Source: Octopus vulgaris
Lineage: Eukaryota
Direction: 5' to 3'
DNA: 64,000 nt
NCBI GenBank assembly: GCA_951406725.2
Contig: OX597814.1
Span: 59,024,001 to 59,088,000, forward strand
Part shown: piece by piece, positions 24,921 to 39,797 of the stretch
How positions within the stretch are numbered: the first letter of the stretch is position 1
Layout: every line of letters starts with the position of its first letter
Program-made: the position numbers and the translations under genes
The notes under the pieces: generated by a model
What the model saw: the letters and a program-made list of their open reading frames with translations, nothing else
The model's database searches: none
Told to the model about the DNA's origin: nothing

Positions 24921-26343
24921 CGAGGTGGTATTAAATGTTCCCGAACTCCAACACTTCGCGCTCCACATGTCCCGTCACTTTTGCCGGATGTCCTCCTTCA
25001 AAGGCCTCAAGACGTCGCACTAGAACTCTCGATCGACGGCCTGGCCCTAAAGTCGAATTCTCGATTCACAATACCTCGCATGTCAAAAACAAACGACGCT
25101 CTTGATTGAGTTGCAGCAATGTCGTGCCTTATTAGGTTATATAGATCGATGACACTTCCATTATCGTGACTGCTGTTTTTTCTCAAGGTTGTACCAGTCG
25201 ACCAACTCTCGTCACCGTTAATGGTCCGCGACACAAAGAATGAATCATCAGTGGCACGCTGACGGAGATCTTGACAGACTTCAATGCGATGTTATTTATT
25301 CTCTGTAGTCTGCTGGCAGAGGAAAAAACTTATCAGAGATACGCCTTCTCTGCCTCCAACGTGCTTTATGTAATGTTTCGAATGACAGGGGCGCTCAACA
25401 AGCAAAAGAATGTCACTGGAATGCGATGAGTGATCTGGAAGACTTGTCACGAGCGTCACCCACGAAAATGTGAAAATTCATCAGTTTGTAGTGTCGATCG
25501 TCAGAGGAGAAATAACAACATTACTAATGTTGCTGGCCTGTCGTATGGGTCCATGCAGGCAGTATGGACGTCTAAATTGGAAATCGTAGTATGTCTCTGC
25601 CAAGTTTGTTCCCTACCTGCTGAAAGAACATCACATCTCCGCCAACGTGCTACTGATGACCCATCCTTTATGCCGAGGATTATCACTAGTTGAAAGTTGA
25701 GTCTACTTGTACAACCCTAACACGAAGCAGTAGTTGCGATAATAGAAATGTCCTTCATCCCTACGGCCGAAGAAGGTACGAAAGAGCCGCAACACAAGAG
25801 CATGCTCATCGTTTCTTTTCGACATCTGCAGTATTGTGCATAAAGAATGAGTTTCCTAGGGCCAGACCGTCAATTGAGGGTCCTGCTGCGATGTTCTGAA
25901 ACATTCGAGGGAGGACATTCAGCGAAAGTGACCGGATACGTGGGGCACGAGGAACTGGATTCTTTACAACAATAATTCATTCAGTTACCGAGCTCTCATC
26001 ACTCGTGAGTTTCTTGCAAAAAACAACATGGTATCGCTTCAACAACCACACTATGCATCAGATTTAGTACCTGAGGAATTCCATCTCCTCTCTAAGATGA
26101 AAAGGCAGTTAAAACGTTGCCGTTTAAACACCATTGTCGAGATCCAGAACAAATCGATTAAGGTCCTCGACTCGCTTACGGAAAACGACTTCCAGCCTGG
26201 ATGTCAAAAGTGGAAACAACGCCAGAACATGTCTATTGCTACGCAAGGTAACTATTTCGAAAGAGATGATTTGAAAAGTCAGATAAATAAGTTATTTTTT
26301 TTATTAAAAATAATTATTCCGGGAACCTTTTGATACTACCTGG
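24921..26343 (+). mobile_element. Mariner-family element with TIRs and TA TSD whose 5' region is replaced by an inverted copy of its own transposase segment
   Basis: TIRs CGAGGTGGTATTAAATGTTCCCG and CGGGAACCTTTTGATACTACCTGG. Plus-strand HYASDLVPEEFHLLSKMKRQLK is a decayed YSPDLAP motif. Minus-strand TINGDESW lies in 24955-25345, which is homologous to 25590-25950. Confidence 0.85.
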
Positions 26344-26674
26344 TAATTTTGAACTAGTGTGAACTTTAGATTAATTTCATTCAATTATCCAATTTACGCT
26401 CTCCATATCAAAATGCACCTGGAAACGCGAATATTAACGTATGTGACGACTGAATCTAATACCTTGGACATTCGTTCTATGTATGTGTAAGTTCTGTAAT
26501 ATAGAAAGGATGTAAGGAGGGATACTGTATAAATAGGAATATATACTTATATCTAGTTCCAAGTTTTACCCAAGGAATGATTAATTCTCATGTTTAAAAC
26601 TACCTATCACCTCATTACGCATAGGTTAAGACTGAAAGCATGCACTTATAACCCAATTTAATTGTATGAACATA

Positions 26675-27869
26675 CAGGGTGCGGACGGTATTTGAGGACA
26701 TATTATTTTATTTGGCTAACTTTTATAGAACTTCTATTTCAGAAAATAAAAATGACAGGCGTATGCTTACTAATGAAATGAAAATGCTTGCTATAGTTGT
26801 GGCTTTGAAGGCTAAGCATGGTTATTTAGAAATTTCTCGTTTTCTGAATGGTGCAAGATTTTATGTCCACAAGATTCTGTATGTGTGAGAGAAAGAAGAT
26901 GGAAACATTTTACCTGTATCAAAACGTACAGAACATTCCAAACGCTTTGATTCTCTCAGGACACCTGGAATTGTTCAGTAAGTTAAGCAAAACATGGAAT
27001 AAAATCCAGTAAAATTAATGAGGTCAATTTCAAGAAGATTTCGTGTGTGCGAAACAGAAAAGCAATCAGAAATGTTATGCATGAAGACATCTTTTTCAAA
27101 TTTTACGTGATGAGGAGTGGTCAAATCGAGTCAGAGAAAACAGAAGAAAACCGTTTTGAACAAACTTAAAAATCTAATAGAAACAGATTTGATTTCGCTT
27201 TTCTCAGATGAGAAAAACTTTGACCAGGGCCAGAAACTAACAGAAGAAATGACAGATGGCTATGTGCAGACCCTTCCAAGTGTAATGCACACAAAATTTC
27301 TTGCAAGTGTCATAGCTTTGGATAAGTGATGCTTCCTCGCGTTTTTCCCACAAGGCCTTGGGATGAATACTTCAGCGTATATTGAAGTTCTGGATAGGTT
27401 GATAAGCTTTGGATCAACAGCGTATGCAATGGAAGGCCGTATGTCTTTCAACAAGATTTTTCCCCATCACACAAGAAACAAATGACACATGAAAGGACGG
27501 CCGACGATTTGCATGATCATATCATCCCCAACATTCTCCAGATCTCCAGATCTCAATTACTCGACTACTATGTATGAGGCATCTTTGCGAAAAATGTCAA
27601 TGAACACCCCCACGGCACCAAAATATTTTGAAAGCCGCCATAGTTCGAGGCATGTCTGATAGGGACAAGAATCACTTAATCCGACCTTGTAAACTATTTC
27701 GACACCGTGTTATTGATGCTTATGGTGGTTTTATTGAATGAAATTATTAAATTGATTATTTACCTTTATGTTCATGCTATTTTTATCAAAAATACAGGGT
27801 TTTTTTCTGTTCTTATATAAGCGATTTTTAAAAAGCATAAATCTCTCTTCAAATACAGTCTGCAGCCTG
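26675..27869 (+). mobile_element. Tc1/mariner element of DD37D (maT-like) type, decayed, with TIRs and TA TSD
   Basis: Ends TA|CAGGGTGCGGACGGTATTTGA and TCAAATACAGTCTGCAGCCTG|TA. Motifs LFSDEKNFDQ, YVFQQDFSPSH and SPDLN..DYYV. Confidence 0.85.
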
Positions 27870-28063
27870 TATAGATGTGCGAAAAATTATTGGTGTATAC
27901 AATGCTTTGAGTATATAATTACATGTACGTATAAGTGCACAAAATGAAGAACAATACATCACCTTCCGGTTATATATTTAACGTAATAAAGAGTGGTTTT
28001 TGCGCTATGGAAATCAAGTAAATTTTAGGGTCAATTTCGCATACATCCAGACATACAAAGACA

Positions 28064-28108
<45 letters not shown>

Positions 28109-29454
28109 TGATACACCCATATGTATATCTATAAATATATATCATACAGAGAGAGAGAGAGAGAGAGAGAAATAGGGAGATATGGTGAGAGAAAAAGAAG
28201 GGAAAGAAAACAGGAGCAGCAGGCAGAGGTTGAGAAAGACTAGAGTACGGAGTACATGTTAGCACTTCAGAACCCACCCCTTTTTCTTTAGAAATTAAGA
28301 ATAAAGTATTAAAATTGCTTCTCAAAAGTGTTACAGTTGAGGTTTCCCTGTATTTCCTTATATTTCAAATTGGCATCCTTACAAATGAAACTAAATGAAT
28401 ATGATTCCTCCATTTCATAATATGTGAAAGCAATTATAAGAAGCGTGTTACTTTAGAGTAGATATGGGAAAGGGAAACATCAGATTGTGGTAATGTAATT
28501 ATTTGAAAGAGATTTGGCTGTTACGGAACCGTAATTCAGAGACCAATATACTCGAGAAAATACGGAGATAAGCTCCCTGAATGGCAATTTGTACATGACC
28601 GAAAAAATCTTTCATTATGTCGCTTAGGTTATTAAATTGGATTCAAACGAACGTCTGTCAAACACAGAGATAAAACATACGACAAAAGTAAAGTATGTCG
28701 AAATCTTGACAGTAAGTTAAAGAAGCGAATTTTCTAAGATGAACATGGAGAACTGAATGACAGCTTTTCCATTAAAATTGATGAAAATCCACTCTTTATA
28801 TGAAAATGTAGTAAAGAGAACATATCTTTAATATCCATTGCATTAAGGCTTCAGAGTAAATTGGACTAATTTTAAAGATTATTCTTGCCACTATTTTCTT
28901 GTGTCTTTATGATATTATAAAAACGCTTCTTATTTAAATAGTCAAGAAGTCACAAGTTTACGTTGATAGCAAAATTGCCCCACAGAGAATCCTCTTCAGT
29001 GAACTAGGAATTTACTACGTGGTTGTTTAGGCAGCTAGAAATTACAGACAAATCTACCGCACACAAATATTCACAGCATTCAAACAACAATACCTTAGAG
29101 GATATATAATCCAATATATACAAAAAGTCAACAAAATTATAATGGAAACATGTTTAACTATTAGCTGAGTCAATCACAGCTGATTAACTAGATAAGGTGT
29201 ACATTCAAATAACGAATAAGGGCGGGTCAAACACAAGCTCCCCAATTGGTTTACTTTCGCCTTCTGTTTTGTATAATTGTGTATATAAAAGCCCTGTCTA
29301 TCAGAATACAGATTAGTATTATCACTACTCATAGATGTTGACATGTTAGTTATGTGAAGAAATTATTTCCCGAAGCCAAACCATGTTACTGGTTACAGAA
29401 GGCTTTTCATAGCGTTATATATATGTGTTCGTGTGTGTGTGTGTGTGTGTGTTT

Positions 29455-29505
<51 letters not shown>

Positions 29506-30093
29506 CGCACGAGCTGTGTGTGTGTATTGAAACAGAAAACTAGAAAACATTTTTAGCATTATTCATTCCCCATCACACAAGTTTCATTTCCTTCAAGGCA
29601 AGAGAGAAGGAGTACATACAGTAAAAGTCATCTAAGAAACATCTATTAAAACCTCATCACACAGGGAATTATATAAATATTCAAATTTGTTAACTGTGTG
29701 ATAAGCATTTCAGTATGTCGCAATTTTGGGTACATGGCGGCTGTTATTAAAGTTTATCTAGTTTCCTGCTAATGAAACGTATCGCAGGCTGACAGAAAGA
29801 ATGGATTACTAATCACCTTTTTCATTTCAGTACTATTATGAGAAGATCACCGAATTCACGACATTCAAAATTCCTTGTTGGGTCAATAGCATCAATTTCA
29901 ATGTTTCTTGGAGGTAACTTCATTCAGGTTTCACGTCTAAAATAAGCAGCAATAAAACGAAATAATTTAGTAGTTCTCCAAATCCCTTCAACTGTATTTC
30001 ATACGGAAATACGGAACTGCCATGCTTTTCAGATTTATCTCATTTCATTATCACTTTATATATCCATATATCTCTGTATATACGTAAATGCAG

Positions 30094-30126
<33 letters not shown>

Positions 30127-30175
30127 CACACACGCACACACACACACGCGCGCGCACACACACATACACACACAT

Positions 30176-30206
<31 letters not shown>

Positions 30207-30349
30207 CATACACATGCTGAACCGCTGAACGCTACACATTTTTTCCATTATCTCTGTTTATTTTGTTTTATTCCTTTCTGTTGAAGAACGTAAAATCCTT
30301 GCTTGTGGTTCATACATCTATCTTCGTCATTTGTGTTTGTATAAATATC

Positions 30350-30393
<44 letters not shown>

Positions 30394-32917
30394 TACATAT
30401 ATATATATATACATATATATACATACATATATATATATATTTATTTATATATATATATATATATAAATATATATATATATATGTATGTATGTATATATAT
30501 ACGTAAACACAAATACACACACACACACACATATATATATGGTTAATAAGGCTACAATTGGTTTGATGCCGAGAATTCTCAGCAATTATGAAGCCTAAAA
30601 CATGGGAAGTTGGTATCCTTTCACCATGGATGAGAATATACAAATAAAAGTTTTTTCTCAGTATCAACTGATACTCTTGTTAACACAGGTAAAGAATATT
30701 AAGCACAAAAGCAGCGTTAGCACGCATTCTCACTGTTCGATATAAGCGAATATATACATATATATCTATGAGTGAGGGTTTTTGTTTAGAACAGGGTGCC
30801 ACAAAATATCGGAAAACTACAAATAATTACCTAGCATCTTATTATACTTAGATGAACAATACAGGCAATTAAAGAATATCAATTTGTCTAAACTTTATGG
30901 CAATAATTGCCAGCTCTAAACAAGGAGGCCTCAACATACAAAAAAAATCCACAGGCATCAATCCTATCTTACATAAACCTCCCTTATCAGCTGCATAGTA
31001 AATATCACTATAGTTTCAAAATATTATGAGTGACTTTTAATTTCACCTCTGTTAACAGAGTTCAGAACATAAACACTACACTTTTATTGGTAATTGAATG
31101 AAACACAAGACATCGATACCTCAAGCAGATGGTTCTGGGATATTGCAGTAAGTGTTGAAGGTGAAACAAGAATCACATATAAGTTGCCGCAATCAAATTT
31201 TTGGAGACAACAGTTTGTTAAATTTATCTTTGTCGTCCGAAACTGACACCTAAGCAGTTTCATAGAAAGAGCGCTTACGTGAAGATAAAAAGAATATCAC
31301 GCCATAAGTCTGACGCATAAACAAACAGGAGTCATATATGGAATTATTCCATATTAATCCTTTCTTTATTACAAAACTCAATTCAATTCTATTCTTGCTG
31401 TAATGTCTTCTTAAATCAATTAATACTTTTCAAACTGTATATGTATCATTATGTTTGATATAGTTTTCCGAGAATTTTTAGAATTATTGCGCGAATACAT
31501 TATCGGGAAGCATAGCATAAATGTTTTCAATATGTTTTATTTTCATAAAATATGATTAACATATGTGGTTATACTATTAAAAAATGGAGTTTCGAAAGGT
31601 GCTGTGCCAAAACACAATCGATATGTACATTATCGTCGTACATTTACATCAGGTGCAAGAAGAAAATTATCATTTAAGCAGGTAAATTCTGGAAGCAGTT
31701 GGCCGTATATATTTTCCTTCTTTCATTCATTCTATTTTGGTTATTCCTTGTTTTTTATAAATTTCATTCTTTTTTTCTTTGTACAAGATCTCCATTCTGC
31801 TCAACACCATCATATCAATAACCACGCTGTGTTAAATGGCATATTGATTCCAAATATGTTACTCCTTCGTTTTCTACTACTACTACTACTACTAACACCA
31901 CCACCACCACCACTACCATTACCACCACCACCACCACCACCACCACCAATACCACCTCTATGTCTGCTACTACGAAAACCATCACTACGTATAGGACTGT
32001 TATCCTCTCGACGACGACCAGATCTACTACCATCACCACCACCACCACCAACACTACCCCAACTGCTGATACTACTACTAATACTGCAAATATTACTTAT
32101 TAGTAATAATGACAGTAATGGTCACGACGGTTATGCTGGTGATCATGTTGACTCTGATGTTCTTGTCTTGAATTTGCTTCTATATTCGTTGTTCAAGTAT
32201 TGTCCATGATAAACCTGGGACCTTGGGACATTAGAGTAACTGGGGAAAGGTGAGATACTAACGTGTTCCCCGTCTTGTGAAAAGTAGAAAGAAAATTTCC
32301 TGCAAACTTCTATCTTTCAGCTCTGGTTACCACCATAGCTACGTTAAGAGATGAGAGTTTATATTGATAATAAAATCATTGAAGTGAAGTTGAGTGCTTT
32401 GTATTGGAAGTGCTTCCGCTCGCATGTCAATGTTTATTGAGATTTAAATAGGTTAGTGTTAGTTGTGGAGGTGAGGATTGAGTATGTTGTGCATAACTCA
32501 GGTGATGTTCTTTGTACTATTCCGTATTTTGCTAAGATATCCGCTTACATTTTTTGATAGCAACTATAGTATACGTTTATTTTATGTTATTCTTTATCTA
32601 TTTTAAATTTAAAGAAATGCTTCTTAAAAGCTTTTTTACAAAGTGCAGTAATTGTTTTTATTAATAGATTTATGAACTAATTAACCAGGGTTAACATGTG
32701 TACCTGAGTGTTTTCAGTGATAGATAATGGCTAAATCATTACTAGGCCGTAAAGGAAACACTTGATACATTACTTAAAACATGTCGAATTAATGTTACAT
32801 TTACGTTTCCTACTTAAATAGGCATTTCTGGTGAAAATCTAATGTTTCCAATGTTGAAGTGAAAGTAATATAGAGCTATAATGCAATGTAAAAGCCTTTA
32901 GATACATATATAGATAG

Positions 32918-33192
<275 letters not shown>

Positions 33193-33622
33193 CAAGATAG
33201 GGAGACAGAGTAGAAGAGGAAGAGTGTTAGGGTCGAAGGAAGTAAGAGCTGAAAGAAACCATAAAATTTATAGAATGTCCGATCGTTGTCCATCTGTAGG
33301 AAACATCTTATTTATCGCAGTAGTTTACTCATCTGTGTAGAATAATTTCTCGTAAGTCTGTGGACGACATAGAAGCAAAATGTTTATGTCATTAACTTTC
33401 AAATCGTTTAGTTTTGCGCTCCTTTTTTTCTATCTCTTTTCCTTACACTGATATTTTTCACAAGTATCACTTAATCTGTTTCCGCGTTAAGTGTTTTGAA
33501 CTGTAGTAACTTGCTTCACAGTACTTATTCAGAATCCGGTGATCACTAGCAGTTCATCCGTGTTACCTCTCGTCCTTACCCCTAATTTTGCAGGGGGACA
33601 GCTTAGTATGTGTATACATACT

Positions 33623-33675
<53 letters not shown>

Positions 33676-33679
33676 GTTT

Positions 33680-34140
33680 AAATATTTGTTGTGCAAGATT
33701 TTTTATGTGAAGTCGTGTGTTGAAACAGATATTGTTATATTTCGGAATGGTCATATTGCCAGTTTAGCCAATAAAAACACACGCACTATATATTTGGTGT
33801 TATTTTGCTTCAGTGATATTTATTTTTTACATTAATCTTAATCTTATTTCGGCCAAAGTTCTTTCGTCACACTCCTGTGACCGCATCAGTGGTCCTTTGT
33901 TTTCTTCTCACTTACTTGTGTCTCTCCTTACTAACCGTCAGCCATTTTGTATTTCTATTGTATGTCTTCATTTGCGCATGCTTATATCTCTATGTGCGTC
34001 TATGTTTATTTAGTGTGTGTGGGGGAGGAATGCCTGTAATATTTGTTATATACATTCTTGTAATTTGTATTTTGTTTTCTTACCTGGTTTTGGTATGCCT
34101 TTCTAATTTTTTTAAATTTAAAATTTTATTTTTATACATC
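33680..34140 (-). mobile_element. Probable PLE pseudo-LTR remnant with a degenerate hammerhead-like motif at 33851-33895
   Basis: Minus strand GGACCA-CTGATGCG-GTCACA-GGAG-TGTGAC-GAAA-GAACTT-TGGCC, adjoining (TA)n. Confidence 0.4.
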
Positions 34141-35435
34141 TAATAATACACAAATTTTGCTATAACTTGATTATAAACCTTTTTCTCTCTGTGCCCTTAA
34201 TGTTTATCAAGATCTCATTGTAGCGTCGTATGCTTCAAAGCGTAGTCCCCTGTAACTGAAAACAACGAAAGATTTAATGCCACTCCTACCCTACCTCTTT
34301 TTATGGGCATTTATTTGTATATATAAAGTAAGAGAGAGAGAGGGAGAGGGAGAAATCACAATGTGTTACCGTGTATTTGTGTAACACTTCTATCACAAAA
34401 AGAATGGCATATAAATCGCCAGTGATATTGGCATCATATGTTTCGTAAATGACATAATATATCTACGACAAAAGGTTTATTTTAAAAATTACTTCATCTG
34501 GCTTATCCTTTACAGAGCCAGATTACAAATGTTATTCATTTATTGGCACTTATGCAGACTATATTACTGAGGATGTATTACTGCCATTGGCGGCTTGCGT
34601 ATAGGAAGTGAAGATTTGCAGCAACCACTACTTCCACACGATAGGATAGATATCATTCAATATAATGTGTCCTTTTTTCTTGAATTCGTTCTGTATACTT
34701 GTACATTATATATTCTTTAAGCTTAATGTCAGTAACCATCCCCTAGTTTATGAAAAGAATACAAAAATCCTTGTATAGAACTATTGTGCGCATGCTCACA
34801 TGTCCAAAATAGGAAACTTCACACTGGGGAGAAAAAGCACTGCGTGAACGATAGTGCCGGGTGAAAGTTACTGCTTTCTTTTATTCCGCGTGTTTCATGA
34901 TTAAAAAACGTGTTTATATTCTTGAATGTGATAAATTGTAGAATTACATCATTATCCTGCTTCCAGCTTCAGTGAGGCTGCCAGTATTTGAAAAATAAGG
35001 CACATCCCAACCTTATTTTGTTATTTAGCGGGGTTTTTTGAAAGACAAGTGGGGATTTGCGGTGGTGTTCAGTGAACAAATTAAACACGCTACCCGGCAG
35101 TGGCTAAAACACGAACCGATGAAGTTTATGCATAAATTGGCTTTTTATATGTTTGTTTCTTTTTACACAATATCAAAACAACGGCTAAAATTTCTTCTGA
35201 AGCAGCACCCCCACTAATTATATCTACGAGCTTCCAATGATTACTGTCTTTAATTCATCCCAATACAAAATATATTTATAAATATATTTACGTATAACTG
35301 TACATCTACCTATCCAAACAAATATGTATAAATATATACAATCAATTATATATATATACATATATATATATATATGCTAGTTCTAAAGTCCCTCTAAGAA
35401 ATCAACGCAGTAGGTGTACTGACAAGTAATACTCA

Positions 35436-35819
35436 TAGCCACTTTAACATGGCAGTCTGTTCCAGCGGACTCTACAGCGATTTTTTAACAAGACACCTCC
35501 TTCAGTTGGTTACAATGTACAACTGTATCCCACAAAATAGCAAGCAGGAGAGCGAACCCCCCTACCATCTCCTAGCGACAGCACCAGCAAGCCAGTCCTG
35601 GTTTCGTGCTATTACTACCAGTACTGAGGAGTGGCAGAATTAGCCCTCAACCACGACTGATCTACTGGTCCCGTCGCTAGGATGTGGTAGGTGTTTGCTT
35701 CCTAGCCCGTAGTTTTATTGGACGCAGCTGTGCATCGTTAATCAGCTATATGAGATGTTCTCTGGGGTAAAAGATCACAGTAGAGGCCGCTCCAAAAGAC
35801 TGTCATGTTAAAGTGGCTA
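35436..35819. mobile_element. ~385-bp fold-back (whole-element palindrome), MITE-like
   Basis: TAGCCACTTTAACATGGCAGTC pairs with GACTGTCATGTTAAAGTGGCTA; inner CCTACCATCTCCTAGCGAC pairs with GTCGCTAGGATGTGGTAGG. Confidence 0.85.
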
Positions 35820-35834
35820 CGAAGGCTACTTATA

Positions 35835-35886
<52 letters not shown>

Positions 35887-36002
35887 CGTGTGTGTTTGTG
35901 TGTGTGTGTGTGTGTGCGCGTGCGTATATGTATGTATGTATGGATGGATGTATATATACATATATATACACACAGAAACATGCAAACACATACACACTCA
36001 CA

Positions 36003-36044
<42 letters not shown>

Positions 36045-37804
36045 TGTATTTTTGTATGTATGCTTATTTATTGTTTTATAATATCGCAATACTCGTTAAC
36101 GTATACGTCACTCAGATGCACACTACTGTCACATCATAAAATTAGATGCGTTTCTCCCGCATAACTCAAACATTACGTTTATATTTCATCTCTTCATTGT
36201 GAGCTAAGCTTAAATACCTGATTTATTTTCCTAAAATGTATCGTATTATCTCAGTATGCAGCGAAGCTTAAAATATCAGTAGACGAGATGCTCGAACATT
36301 CACATGTCTATTCTGTCATTCTCCTAACATATAACATATAAATGTAGAATTAACAAGCAGATTTCAAATAATTAGATTTCTACTCAAAGCTTACTTACAA
36401 TGAGCCTATTCTATCAGTCCCCAAATTAAATGAGTCTAAAATAACATCACAGTAATTTGTAGTAGTGTAGTCTATCTCATTCTCAAATATTTTCAGTTTT
36501 CTATTCATTTTTAAACAAAAGTGCCGAAATAATTTCTCGCTATGATTCAACACTGATAATTTATTAGTATAAATATTGCGCCATAGAAACACTATTTCTG
36601 CGGCAGCAAGTTTGAAAGAGATTCCAGCATAAGAATATTTATTTAAGAAAGAGATTTTGACAAGAGAGAAACCGAAATTTAGATTAATCCACAAATATCT
36701 GAGGGGAGGTTATTTTGCATGTAAGAAATACCTGTTATCTTCGTAAGCAATTTATATACTTTCGAGACAATTAATAATTATTTGTCATACGTGCACTATT
36801 ATTTATTAAATAATTATATTCACACTTCATGAATATACGCATGCATATTATACTCGTGATGAACGTATGAGTATAAAATTTATATGCTTGTAGTATATGT
36901 GTGTTGGCATTAGTCCATATCTGTATGTCCGTTTAGTGCTCATCGGTGTAAAAGATATGCTAGAGTATATATTTATATATTTGTAAAATGCATGTAGTAC
37001 TTCTTCTGCGTGTATAATATTTTTTTATCATGTAATACAGCTGGTAATTGCTCGGCTGTACGATGTCTACGCGTACGTATTGCGCATGTCAACGACTAGT
37101 GATGCCTTATACACAAAGCGGTTGCCATGCCAAACATACACGCAAGCTCTTTTGTCAATAACCACCAGTTACATGCCCAGAAATAACTTAAAAGTTTAAT
37201 TGTTCTTGCTGTGTGTATGCATGTACTTTCGATTTATTACTGTTTGTATCTGCTTATTATACATTCAGTTGTGTGCATATTTGTGTATGCTTGCGTGTGT
37301 GTATGTATGTGTGTTTGTGCGCGTGCGCATATATGTGTGCGTGTGATTGCGCGTGGCTGTGTTTCTTTTGAAAATTCTGTAAATATATTAAAAGACCGAG
37401 AATGTAATTTAAGTTGTGACACGTTTCCTATTATTATCAGTGGTACACGACATTCACTTTTCGACGTGACAATGCAATTATTATGTATATGCGTATACAC
37501 TCCAGTTAATTTATTTAGTTTCTTTGATGTTAATGCTGATAGAAATGCTGAAGTGAATATATTCCAATATGAAGGTTTCAGAATATGCGCAACTGACATC
37601 TATCTCTACAAAATACAAACGAGAAAGTAAAAACATTGACAGGTAATGGATTCTAAAACAAACGTCCAAGCCCCAACATTGACTCCACTTTCATTCTCAG
37701 TTTTAGAAATTTCACTTAATGTGTGAATAAAAATACCGTTGAGCAAGCTGTAAAGGACAACGGAAATTATTTCGTTCAGCGTATTGTGTGAATAATAGCA
37801 ATAG

Positions 37805-37805
<1 letters not shown>

Positions 37806-37865
<60 letters not shown>

Positions 37866-37907
37866 AACAACAATAATAATAATAATGATAATAATAATAA
37901 TAATAAT
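37806..37907. repeat. (AAT)n microsatellite
   Basis: Direct reading. Confidence 0.95.
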
Positions 37908-39000
37908 CAATACGAAGAGCGCGATGCGTTTGCAATAGATACTGTATTATTTGAAGAATATTTGGACAGCTAGCGTTTCTTTGTCGAGTTCAAAATGAAA
38001 AGTGATAAAAGTTCAAATCCAAAATATGAACGGGAGTAATCAGCGTCCCCACTTTGATGGAATGCCATCATCAGTCTCCAAATTTTAAGTTTGCAACTGG
38101 CAAAAAAGAGAAGAAAAAGAAAACGGAAAAAAATATTTAATTAAGCAGTTTTGTGCAAATATAAAGATATTCTCGCGTCATTTTATTCCTTACTCAGGGC
38201 CTGATGTTAACAACCCGCCAACATATTCTTATCATGTATTTTGAGTACTGAAAGTGTAGTAGATCCAATGATTGAGCTGTGTTCCTTGTGCAACAACATG
38301 AGTCATGTGAATTCCGTCAGGAATCATAATAAAAATGTTATGATTTACACGGAAGGGGGGATGTTGTAGAGATTTCTATTTGGTGTACGCAGCAGAATGC
38401 GCCAAACACATTTTGATTTATGTTGATTGTACAACAAAACAGTTAAACAACAAATTCAATGGGCACAGATATGACGTCAGGCACAATAACAGTAGTTCGA
38501 CAGAACTTCACGAATATTTTACATCAAACGGCTACAATTGTGAAAAAAGACTTGAAAGTTCATATTCTCAGAAAATATTCTGCATCTGTTACATTTTCAG
38601 TATTCAAAATGCATGAGGAGAAATATCTTGGCAGGTCATTAACATCACGCCCTAAAGGTATAAGTAAAATGACAGGAGAATTTCATATTTACACAAAACT
38701 GTTTTTTTTTTCCTTTTCTTTCTTTCTCATTTTTCTTTCTCTGTGTTTGCTAGTTGTAAACTTGAAGTTTCAAGATTGATAACATTCCATCAACATACGG
38801 ATGCTAATTGTAAACATTCATATTTTGGATTTTAACTTGTATGAATTAAAATTTTTATCACTTTTCCTTTTAGTCTCGACAAAGACATGCTAGCTGTCAG
38901 AATATCGTTCAACCAATAAAATAACTATTGCAATTGCATGTCGCTCTTTGTATTGTCTATTTACCTTTGTGAAGAGTTACGTCAATCCTATTTAAAATAC
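37908..39000 (+). mobile_element. 5'-truncated Penelope-like element (Cys-rich linker + GIY-YIG endonuclease remnant) preceded by an inverted copy of its own 3' end
   Basis: Reads CSLCNNMSH...GCCRDFYLVYAAECAKHILIYVDCTTKQLNNKFNGHRYD...ELHEYF and, in a shifted frame, LKVHIL...EEKYLGRSLTSRPKGIS. 37908-38258 is the diverged reverse complement of 38590-38955. Confidence 0.85.

Positions 39001-39795
<795 letters not shown>

Positions 39796-39797
<2 letters not shown>

Noticed and set aside
29818-29940. Possible host exon (TTTCAG...GAG|GTAACT on +; TTTTAG...AAG|GTGATT on -)
   Set aside because: Splice-like signals are present, but there is no recognisable protein, the minus version has stops in all frames and no partner exons were found; RNA-seq would be needed.
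31565-32209. 214-aa ORF with poly-Pro/Leu
   Set aside because: Driven by CTA/CCA microsatellites and T-rich sequence.
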